Source of the DNA: Paramoeba atlantica
Taxonomy: Eukaryota; Protista; Discosea
DNA length: 64,000 bases
Reading direction: 5' to 3'
Assembly: GCA_977017575.1 (NCBI GenBank)
Contig: CDRNVI010000056.1
Span: 186,001-250,000, forward strand
Part shown: positions 10,150 to 23,135 of the stretch, piece by piece
How positions within the stretch are numbered: position 1 is the stretch's first letter
How the letters are laid out: the number at the start of each line of letters is the position of its first letter
Notes under the pieces: model-generated
The model's input: only the letters and a program-made list of their open reading frames with translations
Databases searched by the model: none
What the model was told of the DNA's origin: nothing
Translations under genes and position numbers: made by a program

Positions 10150-10650
10150 TAAACTTCCTATAAATTAATGCTGGATGCGCGCTTTGCTTCTTCCGCTCAT
10201 CTGAAACACCAGCCTTTTCTTCGATGCAACTGACAAAATCAATAGTCCCATACAGAGAGCAATGTTTTGTGATGCAGAAGTTTTTTCTAAGACGCATTTT
10301 CTTCTCATCGAACGAAGTCCAGTGTGCTTCCAGGACTTGTTTTCTATAGTATAGGGAACCAAATTGTTTGTTTGGCGGTGGCATTTCACTAATTTCATTA
10401 AAGACCGTGCGAAGTGTATTCTCATGACTGTAGAAAAGATTACCCGACCGTCAGTGTCGATAGCCCCCCATAACACCATCACCTTTGTTGGACAGCTTCT
10501 CGGAAGTCGATCTTCGGGACTTTGCCACGGGAGTAGTGTAATCGCTCGCCCAGATACCCTAATTCTTTTGTAGAAATAGCCCTTCTTTCAGAATAACCAG
10601 GGCACACGCCTCCGACCGAAGTGGCTGTCTGAGCCCTTTCTAGTGCAGGC
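10150..10650 (-). pseudogene. Degenerate Tc1/IS630-like transposase fragment
   Basis: KVMVLWGAI motif read on the minus strand near 10480; other motifs not recovered. Confidence 0.35.
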
Positions 10651-10930
10651 GGCGGTACCGTGAGCTAGCTGGGGGGGCGAGGCAGGAAGGGGAAATTCTA
10701 TATTGTTTTTCCATTTTTGGGACTTCAATTTATCTATGAATCGGCAATTCCAACACTCTATTATCTGACTCATCTCTGTAATGGCGACTTCCGGAAGAGA
10801 AACAAAATTGTGAAAACAGTTAAAAGAATGGCTTGTCGGGGGTTTATTTCATGGAAGCGATATACACTTATGTTTTTTTAGTCCATACATCTCAGCTTGT
10901 CTCGATTGATTATTTTGATACGTTCACATA

Positions 10931-11755
10931 ATGTACGGCAACTACTGCATCGATGACGGATCCGACGATTTACGTCGAGGCAAAGTTACCTCTCTGCTAC
11001 TGCCCCAAGAGGGTATGCTGGAACGTTTTATTTCAAACTTAACTGGAAAACATAAATCCTGGCGTACGACGAAGAAGAATATGTTTGGACGTGTCAAACG
11101 TCTATCCGCATGCAATTGGAAAGGCGTGACATGTGATGAGCATCAACACGTGACTCATATTATATGGGATTCAATGAATCTATTGGGCACCTTGCAGGGG
11201 GATTTTTTGCCGTGTACGTTGTCTTATTGTGACCTTCTCAATAACAGACTGGGAGGATCGCTTCAACTTCACACGTTGCCATCACAGCTTAGATACTTAA
11301 GATTGGCCGTGAACACTTTTATCGGTGAGTTAAACTTGACTCAGTTACCGAACATATTGCGTTCCCTTTGGTTGAGTGACAACCAATTTGAAGGAAATGT
11401 TGATCTCACGAATCTGTGTTCTGGATTACAATACTTAAATCTTCGAGCGAATAAACTTTCTGGTGCCGTCGAACTTTCTCATTTGCCAAAAAAATTAGAA
11501 TACTTGCAATTGTCGAAGAACAGATTTACAGGACCGCTCTCGCTGCAACATTTACCTCCATCGCTTTCTACCTTTAGCGCGCATGGCAACTCTTTCTCTG
11601 GTTTAGTGAAGTTTGACCGTCTTCCTCCAAGCTTGGTACATCTCTCTCTGCATCACAACGCGGAACTTTATGGCGAAATTGACAAGTCAGTTCTTCCTAA
11701 GCTTTTACAGCCTATTGAATTCTGGAATACAAACATTAAATTCGGTACAAAGTGA
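10931..11755 (+). CDS. LRR protein, subfamily B
   Basis: DLRRGKVTSLLLPQE N-cap, CNWKGVTCD, about 8 LxxLxLxxN repeats. Confidence 0.9.
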   Translation: MYGNYCIDDGSDDLRRGKVTSLLLPQEGMLERFISNLTGKHKSWRTTKKNMFGRVKRLSACNWKGVTCDEHQHVTHIIWDSMNLLGTLQGDFLPCTLSYCDLLNNRLGGSLQLHTLPSQLRYLRLAVNTFIGELNLTQLPNILRSLWLSDNQFEGNVDLTNLCSGLQYLNLRANKLSGAVELSHLPKKLEYLQLSKNRFTGPLSLQHLPPSLSTFSAHGNSFSGLVKFDRLPPSLVHLSLHHNAELYGEIDKSVLPKLLQPIEFWNTNIKFGTK

Positions 11756-11878
11756 GTATAACGAAACGTTTATGATATTGATGAATGAAAACAGATGTGG
11801 CATAAATTCGTGTGTGATAGAAAAGTATGTTTGTAACTTATTGGTGATGCGAGGTTTATCACCGTATTCCTTCTTATA

Positions 11879-13414
11879 CAGGGGTGTAAATTTGTATGTG
11901 GTGGGGGTCTAAAATTCGTAAAATTTGGCCAATTGTGGAAAATAATAGCGCATTCGAGAGCTCTCGAACAGGGCTCATGAACGCAACATGGTCGCGATAG
12001 GCACAAGGGGGTATTGCCCCCTCGACAAAGGGCCCCCAAATGCGATTCGCAACTTTCTAAAGCACGGGAAAAAATAGAAAAATTAATAATAATTGCAGTT
12101 TCCGCCGTTCTTTTCAATCACAATACGGCATCTCTTACGAAAGCTCTTCATAGCGTTTTCAAAGGCTATAGAATGTGTCGTTTGAATATCTTGAAACGCT
12201 GCTTCGATCGCAATGATCAAATCTGTACGATTTCTAGGGGCCAAGCCATTTTTGAAATTGTCCATTATGGACCATAAATTTTCAACGGGCATGAGATCAG
12301 GTGATTTTGCTGGCCAAGGAAGAACAGTAATTCCTGTCTCTTGAAAGCTTGTCCTGGCCAGATTGTGCACCGTACAGTTATCCATTGCAATAACGCTAGA
12401 ACGGTGCCGCTTAAGGTAAGAAATTAACCCTCCACGCTTCTTCATGGCTTCATCAAAAATAGCCCCCGTCACTGTACCTCGGTTTCCTTGAGAACGAACA
12501 GAAGGAAAAACGTGAAGGTGAAACCCATGCTTAAGGCTCGCTGCCATCCAAACCATAACACCATTCCCCCCATGCCATGCATCCAATTCACCTTGCTGCT
12601 CCTTGGGAGCGTCAGTTTTGCGGCAGAGGTACGTGATGTGCCCCCCACTCTTCCCACAGGTAAATTTTTTTTCATCCATCCAAATGATATTGGACAGTTC
12701 CGCGTCACTCCACGTTAGCATTTCTTCACAGAAACGTACTCGTTTCTCTTTATGCACTGAGGTAAGTGCAGGGGATTTCCGGACTGTGCGCAAGACGATG
12801 CCATATGATTTCATGTGGGTCGTCAAAGTTTGACGAGAGCAAGTGAACCCAAGATTTTCGATTAACCGGTGGAGCTCACTCCAGCTCCTGATGCCATAGG
12901 GTTGATCTCGAACACCTTCGTCTATCGCTTTCAAAGCAGCCTCACGTAGTTCAGGTGTCACAGCGATGTTCGTTGGGGCGTGTTTCTCGTTCTTGGAGTT
13001 TACTTCTCCAGTATCACGATAGCGCTTTAGTTACAGTTCACAGTAGCTTCATGAACTTGAAAATTGCGCGCGGTTAGGGAAAAAGACTGTGTTGCTTCGT
13101 AATCGGCAACAAGAAGCATGCGCCAGCTTGCTTTTATGTGCCCAGGCGAAGAATAAGCCCTTTCGGAGTGCTTATGTTCCGGAGATCGTCCAAAATCCCG
13201 TCGTTGTGGCATGAATAAGGGCAAAAAACACAAAAATTGTGAAAATTGCAGGATTTCGTTTTCCAAAAAGCTAAGTTTTTTTATGTGCATAAGTCAATGC
13301 CTTTTCTTTCGCCAATACCAATTTAGAAGGTTTGTAAAATCGCTCAACTCCAAAAAAACATTTGAAGTATATTTTTTTGGAAAACAAAGGGGGGAAAAAG
13401 TGGGAGATTCCACC
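11879..13414 (-). mobile_element. Tc1/IS630-type DNA transposon (DD32E); one TIR present, the other truncated
   Basis: TA|CAGGGG TIR at 11879; transposase 12083..12961 plus frameshifted HTH exon 13027..13212; paralog at 58230..59408. Confidence 0.85.
12083..13212 (-). pseudogene. DDE transposase with a frameshift near 13030
   Basis: WMDEKKF, VMVWMA, MDNCTVH, WPAKSPDLMPVENLW; paired-like HTH (TARNFQVHEATV / KRYRDTG) split across two frames. Confidence 0.85.
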
Positions 13415-13484
13415 GAAATATGAATATATGAACCCGAACAATGGTCTAATATGGATTTTAAAGAAATTCTAGTCCTTCACGACA

Positions 13485-14177
13485 ATGAAGAGTTCTGTAC
13501 AAGCTGCTGATGTCCCATCTCGACCGAGTAAGGTGCGAAACGCGGTCCTGCCCCAAGAATATAATCTGTTTCGACTACTGAGTAATGCCAGTTTTGAAGA
13601 GGAATCATGGAGCGTGAAGACGCCTGCGTGTGAGTGGAAGTTAGTACAGTGCAACCCCGAGGGACAGGTCACAAACCTCAATTGGCGCAAAGACACAAGT
13701 CGGTATGCGAAGGAAGAGGAAAATGTCCGCATAAAAGGTGTACTGCGATGGGATTTTCTACCCGATACGCTGCTCTCTTTTTCTGCTTCAAATCAAGCGT
13801 TTTTGGAGGGGCACGTAGACTTGTCGGTACTACCCGCGGGATTAAAAAACTTTGATATTGGTACGAATCGATTCAATGGAGGGTTGGATTTAACGCATTT
13901 GCCATCTACTCTGGAAAAACTGGTTTTGAATTTCAATCTATTTGAAGGTGAAGTTGACCTTACACACCTCCCCGACGGTTTGAGAATTCTCGACCTTGCG
14001 TACAATACTCTGCGTGGAGAACCTGATCTCACAAAGCTTCCGGAGTTTCTGACGTGGGCCAGACTACTTCACAACAATTTCGTCATACCTGACGTTGTTC
14101 CGGCATGTGTTCATATCAAGCCGCATGTGCCAAGGAGTACTCGCCATTGTGGGTACAGCAGGTTTAAGAAGAAGTAA
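13485..14177 (+). CDS. LRR protein, subfamily A (divergent)
   Basis: Same N-cap and LRR pattern as 7370..8071. Confidence 0.88.
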   Translation: MKSSVQAADVPSRPSKVRNAVLPQEYNLFRLLSNASFEEESWSVKTPACEWKLVQCNPEGQVTNLNWRKDTSRYAKEEENVRIKGVLRWDFLPDTLLSFSASNQAFLEGHVDLSVLPAGLKNFDIGTNRFNGGLDLTHLPSTLEKLVLNFNLFEGEVDLTHLPDGLRILDLAYNTLRGEPDLTKLPEFLTWARLLHNNFVIPDVVPACVHIKPHVPRSTRHCGYSRFKKK

Positions 14178-16317
14178 TAGGCATGTACCCGTGTGTATTG
14201 TGCTTGTACATTATACGTATTCGTACATTGTATACGTACTTGTATATTATAAATACGATTTATACATGTTCGTGTATAATTTATGCATGTATGTGTATGT
14301 TTACATGGGATTTGTATGTGTACATTGTATATTCATATTACATGTAATACATGCCTATGTGTTCTATGAAAACTTTTTTTTGTTCATTGAACACGTAGAA
14401 CGCATTGAACACTTTTTGGGGAGGTACACATCCCACGAACATGTTGATTATTTTTCATAAAACTTTTTGTTTTTGCGCATATCCAAGTGATTACACATGC
14501 CCTAGCTATGCAGTATAAGAATACCGCGGTATGAGGTTCTCTCTTAGTACGCGTGGCAGCTTTTTTGTACTCGCCGAACGTAATACATTTCTTATTTCAA
14601 AATATTTTGTTGCTGTTGTTGTAAAAAACTATTGTTTCCCTCATTTAGTCAAGCATTATCTACAACCCTCAACAATTTCTAATGAGAGGACGAGGTCCCA
14701 CAGGAACCTTTCGTGCCCGTCGAAGAAAAATGGGGAACCACCCCAATCGATTACATGGGGAACCAATTCAAATACACAAATACATCCTATATCCTATAAG
14801 ACCGACTTAAAGTCGGTTGAAAAACTTAACACTTTAACCTTGAAGGCTTTCATCTATGACTTCCAAGTTCAGAGCTTATATGTGTCTGATACGGTGCAAA
14901 CAAACAATATTTTTCCCATAACCTACAAATAATCCTCAAGGCATTCCAAATTTGCAAAGATACAATTCCATCAATTCTTTCCTTAGTTAGACGGTTTCCC
15001 ATTACCGCCAGTTCTCGCAACCTTACCTCGAAGCACACTTCGTACCTCAGCTTCGCGCTTGGATGCAGGAATGTCTCGCGCTGGCCCATTTCCAAGGGAT
15101 TTCATTTTGAGTAAGGCCTTCAAAGACCATAAAGGCTGTGAATTCTCCTCCGAGTTGTCAGTTGTTTTTCTCCTTTTTGGTATCGGAGGCCGAGCCACTT
15201 TCATACGAAACATAAACAATATACCATCGACCTCACTCTCATACGAAACACTAACCTTTATAAAATGATCACAGACGAATCCAGGGCTTGGGCGCTTAAA
15301 AGTTATTCAAAAAGTGTGTTCAAAAATTAGTAATTTACGAGTGGATTATATTACGGTTAATTTCATTAAGATCAATTTTAGCCAAAAATAACCTTAAAAG
15401 CGCAATTAAATCATACCGTAATTAATATACTATCCCCCCTATTTACACCCTATGTAATAATTTACACCCTATGTAATAGGGCTACGTGCCACCCCCCTTT
15501 AATAGGGCCATTTTGTCTGGAAGGCCGAAAAATATTTCAGGGAAAGTGCCAAAAATTTGTCGAATGCGCCGCGAAGTGGCGGATTTCTTTTTCCGTATCT
15601 ACTCCAACAACCACAAGTGTATGAAAAGGGAGTAGGAGCTTGTTTCACAACGATAAAAAAACGTTACCTCGTTTGCCTTCAGTGAAAAGAGGTACCGTTG
15701 CTGAGACTAGAAAAGAATTCATACTACTTGCAACGGCCCCGGTTCTTGGCAAAGGGGGGCTTCGAATGATGTACTTGCTTATCGGCCCACGATTTTTTAG
15801 GGGATATTCAGATATAGAGATGATAATTCGAAGATCGTAATTTAATAAGACTTATAGCAAAAGCGAATAACAACATGGGGTTAATAAATTGATGAAATCA
15901 CTAAAAAAATCATGAAAATTATATTCGGGAAAAATTGAATGGAAAAAATAAATTTTACTGTCTCATACTCACTCTCTTTTCATAGACTTCTTGGGCTTCG
16001 CTAGGTTCATTAACAAAGATGTCGACGTCAATGAGGACGTGCTGCTGAAGAGGGTTTTTATTTATATTCTTCCATGTCTCCCCTTTTTGTGGCTACTATT
16101 TTTTTTCGAAAAAAGATAATCAGTAAAAATGAGATTGTATGTGTATGTGTGTATATGGGGCAAAGTAAAGCACTTCTGCACAAAGTAAAGCACTTCTGAA
16201 TGTTTATTGTAGGAGTGGGACAGAAGACGAACTAATAATGGGAACGCAAAAAGAAAAGCTCCTCATAGTGGGTTCTACGCCACTTTTCCCGAATAAACGA
16301 TTGCAGAGGGAAGCTAA

Positions 16318-17229
16318 TTACTCATCTCCCTCCTCGCTGCTTTCTTCCAAGGTGCTGCGCTCTAGAAACAACAAGGACTCAGAATACATGCGAAGGTCCG
16401 TAAGAATACGTTTTATACGCGAGCCTCCGTTCACTAATAGTGCCCCGTTAGCAAGTTCTGCAAACATCTTCATTCTGTTGCAGCGTGTTTCCTCTGTGTG
16501 CCCCCGGCGCCCTCCTCGTTGCTTCAACTCGCGCTTCAAATGGTAGTTCGCACTTTCCACGGTGTTCGTATGAAACCCTGTAGGGCTCGCCTACTCTTTT
16601 TTGTGGTTTACAACACCATGACGCCAAGACTTACTTATGCATTTACTCGCAGCTTCCCCGTCAGTGTACACTTGCGTGCGCTCGTTTTTGGCAAGGTGAC
16701 GAACGTGAGCGGTCATGTCTGACGGAGTGGTGTGCTCCAAATATTTGACATAAATGTCGAGCATCGGATAGTGCAGCCCACCGTCGACGTCCATGACTTC
16801 ATCGCAATTCACCAATGTGTGGGACCAAGAGCTTCCGTTCTCCCGCACTCGTTTTCTGTGTCGATGACGAGACCTTTTGATTTGAGACACGCAAGTCTAG
16901 TCCTTTTGCATGTATACAACAGTCCCTTCGGCACGGTCGAAGCGTATATCATACACCATTGCAATGATGCTCTCAAAATAGTTCGTAAATCTCCCTGTTT
17001 CTCGAATGATATTCCTCAGTGAGACGGCGAATGTCAGAGCGTAAATCATTTTTATCGTATTTTTAATGGTGCGCTGAGCACAGTTGCTAATCATCGGTTC
17101 TAAAACTCCATAAAGGCCTCGACAGGAATCGTTGTCTTGCGTCGGGCACAACCAATAAGTTTCAGTGCGGTCACAGGCCACAGGCTCCTCGTGATACTTT
17201 TCCTTGTCACACCATGCCTGCTGTACCAC
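16318..17229 (-). pseudogene. Merlin/IS1595-family transposase with in-frame stops
   Basis: QKD*TCVSQIKRSRHRHRKRVR, VYTDG, HGVVNHKKE*, GFHTNTVES motifs in one frame with two TAG codons. Confidence 0.75.
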
Positions 17230-17319
17230 TAGTTTGTGGTTTTTTGCCTGAATTTTTTGATACTAAACCACAGTTATTATTCACATTCAAAAACAGGCAC
17301 TTTGTGAATAATAAGTGTA

Positions 17320-18189
17320 ATTGCGGTGGTTGTATAACTACCGCGCTACACTCGATTATTGAAAAAAAAGCGAACAAAAACAGTGAAAATATAAAGAGGA
17401 ACACAGTAATATAATAGAAGAAAAAAATATTAAAGGGGGCTCCGGTGGTCCAAAACTGAAAAAAAAGAAATTGAAAAAAATGGGAGGTCTAGGGGGGGGT
17501 CCAAGGGGGGCATACCGCACGAATTATTTTTTGAAAGAATTATTTTTCGACAAAAAACCGCAGATGGGGTAGCCGGGGTCTTGGCGCGTATTTTCCACCC
17601 CCCTACCAGGGGGTGAACCCCCCGCGTATCCGCAGGACGGGTCCGCCAAGTTCGGATTTTTTCGGAAAAAAAATGAAAAAAATTTCAACTTGGCGAAAAA
17701 CAAATTTTTCCAAAATCGTTTCCCCTATTGTATTTTGACAGTGTGGGACCTATACTAGCTTGCTCGGCCGGTGTTTTCAAAAGGTATCCTTTCTTCGAGC
17801 CGTGGTGCGCCCTTCAAAATGACCCATTTTTGACTAAAAAAGGTGAAAAAGTATTTTTCGGACCCCAAGGGGCCTTTTTGTCTCGAAAGAATGGTGTGGT
17901 TGGAGTGGCATTCTCCACCCAATACGTTCGGTAAGCTTTGGTTCATCCCTACGAGTCATTTCCCACACGCAAACATCAGATTTAGTGCTCTGAGAGCAAA
18001 AATATACGAAAATCACCCCATTTTTATCCGAAAATCGGCTATTTTTGGCTATAATCTTTCCGTTTTCTTCAGCTTTCCTGGCCAATTTTTCTTTTTTAGG
18101 CTCTTCTTTAAACGAGGTGGTAGTTTTCAACGCGAAGCGCGCAGCATGAGTGACTTCTAAGTTAAAAACAACCACCGCGTTTAACTAAG
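17320..18189 (+). mobile_element. Hairpin-ended repeat family H, copy 1
   Basis: Left 22-bp near-palindrome GCGGTGGTTGTATAACTACCGC; right ~92-bp hairpin; modules recur at 47625-47900, 52931-53378 and 60495-62040. Confidence 0.6.
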
Positions 18190-18729
18190 ATTGTGAATAA
18201 TATGTGTAACTGACACTTATTATTCATAATTACACTTATTCCCATGCGTCGAGAAAGAGAAATAGGGATCTCGTCGAGGTTAATTACGAAAGAGTAGTCC
18301 AAGAGCAGTGACACATCGCTGAAGGGGGTCGCAGCGTCGCAACTTTTAAGTCTCACGTGACGGTGCAACTTCTTTCCATTTATAATTTTTTTTGGATTCG
18401 GATTTATAAAGCTGCTCTCTGCGATGGACGGTATACAATCCGTTCCAGGTCGCTCCGGACGGTCACTGGCAAGCCAGACCCTTCACAGACAGATATGGAA
18501 GTTTCGAGGCCGACGTCCTCTACCAGTTTCCGCTTGTCCAAGGTGGCACCAACGTGCTGTTACCAACACGCTGCGTCGATGAATTGTACGTCAACACGGC
18601 TCACCCAAGAGGCTTAAGCCGGGTAAGGGAGCTGGTTCCCTGAGGGGAGGGTCCGGGACGGTCCTCCGAGTACTGAGCCTAGTCGGTCCTTAGCCCAGCC
18701 ACTTAGAGTGAGGCCGCCAGGAATAATGC

Positions 18730-18806
18730 GATGAGCGGGTTTGAACTCGCCATCTGAGCACCATGTGCTTCAATCTTTGAGTTCTTGCCACTCCGCCACC
18801 TCCGTC
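18730..18806 (-). other. Degenerate tRNA-like sequence (A and B boxes)
   Basis: TGGCGGAGTGG and GAGTTCAAACCC with tRNA-Leu-like spacing; stems are poor, so not a functional tRNA. Confidence 0.3.
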
Positions 18807-19477
18807 TCCTTCTAAAAGTGAAAATGTTTTTCTTTTATTTTTCTTTTCTTCACCTGTCTACTTAACATACCTATATCTTGATAACATACCGGGGGGTATG
18901 TTAAACGGGTATGTGGTTTAAATCTGGATATGGAAGAAGCTTTTCCAAATACGAAAAACTTCCTTCGAACCTCTCCGGCAATAAACATAGTAACTTTGCA
19001 GATTTTCTCCTTGATAGAGCCACGTAAACTGCTGAATGAGAAAGCATGCCTCTATGGTAGATTAGTATGAATTGTGGCTCCTTGGACTTTAGGTATTATG
19101 AACGAGAAACCGCAACCTATTTTCAGTTCATAGTCCAAATAGCTTTTTTTGAATTCGGCCGACACTCTGCCGTCAACGGTGGTTGCTGAAATTTCCACAA
19201 CAGCGAAAGATGAGCAGTCTAAAACTTCTCCAGGTTTACCTTGTTCCCTCACGTACTTTCCGAAACCAAAACGAATGTGAATAATAAAAAATGTGAATAA
19301 TAACTGTATTTGTGAATAATAACTGTACTTGTGAATAATAAAAAATGTGAATAATACCTGTGAGGGAGGTTTAATTATTGAGATCAAATTTGCACGCCCA
19401 AAGGATCTCTTTTGGGAAATTTCATTAGGAAAGCACAAATGAATAAGCAATCGAGTTTTGTATTTCGCACAAAGGCT

Positions 19478-20144
19478 TTACTCCATTGTATCAAGATTGC
19501 GCACGATTTCCAAGGTGCTAACAATCGCTTCTTCACCAGCAGATGAAACTGCTTCATGAGAATTCTCAGAGTCGGGAGAGTCATACAAGAGCGGAGGGCG
19601 ACACTTTAAAATCTCTTTGTGGAGGCTCAGTGGGGAAGCGTTCCCAAGAACTTCTTTTGGACGCTCATTTATTTCAAATGCAACGCGGCGCACCTCTTCC
19701 TGCGACTGGGCAAGAAACGGGAGCTTTTTAGGATAATAGTCGCGCACTAGGCCATTAAAATTTTCAACGCCCCCCTTTCTCCCAGCTCGAGTACGGCTTG
19801 CAGAAAAAGGAAAAGCTGTCGTACGCCTCGTTGATTACCTCGTGCTTCGCGAATTCCGTACCATTGTCGTATGTAATGCTTCGCACACGGTACCCTTCAA
19901 GAGCTTCAACGATCATGTCAGCCACATGATCTGACTTTTTTTTTCAAGTTGACGCAGTATTCCAAATCTACTCTTCCGCTCGATCAGGATTAAGAGATAT
20001 CTGCTGTGCTTGTTCCCGGCTGAGTCCTGACCGCGTAATCCCTACTCATTCTGCAATCTCCTGTGACATCTCTCCGTTATTATATAACAATGCGATATGC
20101 GACCGATGAGTTGGATTGATGCGTGTGCTGACTTCCGCCGTCAT
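19478..20144 (-). pseudogene. IS30-family transposase, internally deleted and frameshifted
   Basis: LILIERKSRF, SITYDNGTEFAKH, FCKPYSSWEKGGVENFNGLVRDYYPK, INERPKEVLG; D(33)E spacing; N-terminal HTH. Confidence 0.85.
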
Positions 20145-20224
20145 TCACAGAAACTTGACAAAAAAAAGTATTATGACAGATTAGGGTGGGAGTTTCTATG
20201 ACACGGCACTAGGCCCATAGCGAT

Positions 20225-20838
20225 TTATAAAGTGGAAACTATTTGCCACTTTTTTACCTTTTCGCCACCTAGTTCGACGCAGGCCTTCAGTCTACGATCG
20301 AAACTTAAGATGGTATTATTTATCATCTCAGTCGGGAAAGAACTCCATGTATTTAGAATACGCCTTTGCAGTTCGGAAACTGTAGATGGTAGCTTTTCAT
20401 TTACGTCTTGTTGTGTCATTGACCATATGTTTTCAATGGGGGAATGATCGGGAGAATTTGGGGGCCGTTTAGTAGCTTAATTTTTCGTTTGTTCAGGTAA
20501 TTTATGGTGGCCTTGTCCTTATGAGAGGTGGCACCATCTTGTTGAAATATTCTTTTGCGGGGGTAAATAAACATCTTTTAATGTGTCTATCTACACTGTA
20601 TGTTTCGTGGGTAATAGAGGTCCCGCTGGATAACATTTAAGCATCTCCAGTCAATTCCTATAGCACCCCACACCTGACACTTAGGCGCCCAGCGCGCCTT
20701 TAGTCTCTTCGCAGGGGTCTCTCCTTTTTTTACACATATTTTCATTCTATTATCGTTTGTATCAAACACCTTCTCATCTGAGAATATCAATTTCGAATTG
20801 TCCTCTTTGTAAAAGGAAACTGTAAAGGTGGGGTACAC
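20225..20838 (-). pseudogene. Tc1-like (about DD34E) transposase remnant
   Basis: IFSDEKVF, VWGAI, QQDGATSH, PNSPDHSPIENIW, SFDRRLKACVELGG across frameshifts. Confidence 0.85.
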
Positions 20839-20903
20839 CCACTATTGGCAATCACCCACTCTTGGAAATCACCCACTATTGGAAATCACCCACTATTGGC
20901 AAA
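20836..20903. repeat. 17-bp tandem repeat x4 (CACCCACTATTGG(C/A)AAT)
   Basis: Read directly; the same motif forms a 21-bp perfect inverted repeat at 21307-21327 / 21345-21365. Confidence 0.85.
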
Positions 20904-21999
20904 TAATTAATTACCTCAAAAATTGTTCAGATAGAATTTCTAAATGTACATTTCTAGCAACTAATGGATACCTTGAAGGCTGCGGCCATAAAGGAATTAG
21001 GTGATAACTCATGTGATATCGGTGTAGAAGTGTACTCTGACATCGAAAGTGATTTTGCATGCGATTTCAATGATGACGAGAAATGTCACAACGATTTTCC
21101 TACTACTTTACACCCCTCAGTAAGAGATCCCCCAGTAAGAGATCCCCCAGTAAGAGAGATTTGGCTCGTGAGCCCCAACAGGAGGCGTAAAAGTATATGG
21201 CGTAGGGGGTGGGCGTCGGGGCCCTTCGGGGTTTTTCAGTAGAAAAAATAGAACAATTTGCGAAAAGACTTGCGATAAAAGAGAAATTTTGAATGCGTTC
21301 GTAAAACCCCTTTGTCCAAGAGTGGGTAATCTGACTTAAAAATCACCCACTCTTGGACAAAGGGGGTAAAAATCCCCCACTATTGGAAAAAAAGTTTCCT
21401 TTTTGGAGGCCTACAGAATGATTTTTTCATAAATCGACACTAATGTGAAAGTGGTAAAATAGTTTTTAATAAAACTAGCAATTGGTCAGCCCAAAAGTAG
21501 CGATTGTATGTCCCTTAAATATATGCCGCAAACATCAAACAATAAAAATAAGAACAGTAAGAAAAGCAACCCAAACCATTCGCGCAGGTTTCGAACCCGT
21601 TTTTGTTTTTTTAAAAATAAACATATTTTAATATTCTTGTATTTTTTATGAGCTAAAAACAGCGGGAACGGACAGATCTCAAAATTTTGAACGAAAACGT
21701 GGTATGATAACCCTACCATGCCCCCTCATGGAAACAATACGGGGGGTGACTTTTTGGTAGCCAGGGGTTTATACACACCCCTGTATGTATATTAAACCCC
21801 TGTGTGTATATTAAATAGGGGTTTATACACACCCCTGCATGTATCTAACAATGTCCCTGACCTATAATGTACAATACACTATGCACAAACGGATCTATAC
21901 ACAAAGCCAGCTAAAAAAGAAAAAGAATAGACCAGGTATTGCACGAAATTTTTTTACTCATCCTCACTTGAAGGAGTTTCTTGGCTAGCTTCAGAAAAT

Positions 22000-23135
22000 C
22001 TGCAGAAACTATCGCTGAGATCATTCATTATTTCAATGTTTTCGCATCCGTAGAAATCGCGGATACACTCAAGTATATTAATGAAACGTACCTGCCATGC
22101 TTCTTTGCTCTCGGTTTTCTCATACCCTTACTTCACGCATTGCAAAGCCGCATTGCGGCGCAGATCCATTGACGACATACCATAATTATAGTGCTGTTGC
22201 TTTATCCAATGTTTGATTGTCCGGTGCGCAGCCTCCGCGTGGTTAGTATGGCGCCCTTTTAGAGTCACGAATTCTTTACTGTGATTTACAGTAAAATGGC
22301 GGCAGTACTCCCCCAAGTTAATACACACAAGTTAATATGTATACTACAAGTTAATATGTGTAACCCCGCCACTGTCCGGTGGTCGGCAACCACCACTGAA
22401 CGTGCGCTCGTTAAATGGGGAGTGATCAAACTGAGAAGCGTATTCTGGTCCCTTCGCTTGACCAGCTTACAGTACGTTCTCCCCATTTTCCGGTCATCAA
22501 TCTCCGTGACGGTGACAAACTTTTCTGACTCGCTTTCCACGGTGATACTTTCTTTTCCCGATGAAAGTTTCATCGACTTGCAACTTCGAAAAATTAAAGA
22601 CCACATTCTCCTGGCGAAAATACAGTAAGCAACTCTGGAAACCATGTGCAACAGATTAGTTACTGCCCTCTGACGCACTCCACGGTTACGGGCGATTTGT
22701 CCAGTCGTCAAATTATGGGCTATACCCGCCCAGATTAGAAGAAGGGTAAGTGACGCTTGTTCGGCTGCTCAAGTAAGGTTCGTACCGAAAAAACCTTGCC
22801 CTACACGCATTGGTGTCCCCCTCCCCAGGATGAGTGCGCTAAAAAAAACCGAAGGCTCCCCTTGATCCCCACCATGAACTCCCCCCGTGACGTTTACATT
22901 GCGGTTCCGACAAGAGTCCATGGTTTTTCATCCAGACCTCAGCCGCTTCCCCTTGAGGAATGTAACGCATGTTGCGCCATAACCGAATGCACGCGAAGCC
23001 CTCGCACTCCCGACACACACTATGTGCTTCGAAGGGAGGAATTGTGCCCTCAGTCCAAGATGGTTCACCTTCACGATTTTCAACACTACTATTGGTGTGA
23101 GAAGCTTGTGTTTCCAAGAAAGCCATGAAGCGCAA
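22000..23135 (-). pseudogene. Merlin/IS1595-family transposase remnant
   Basis: QVDETFIGKRKYHRGKRVRK, VKRRDQNTLLSLI, HFTVNHSKEFV..GRHTNHAE across frameshifts. Confidence 0.85.
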
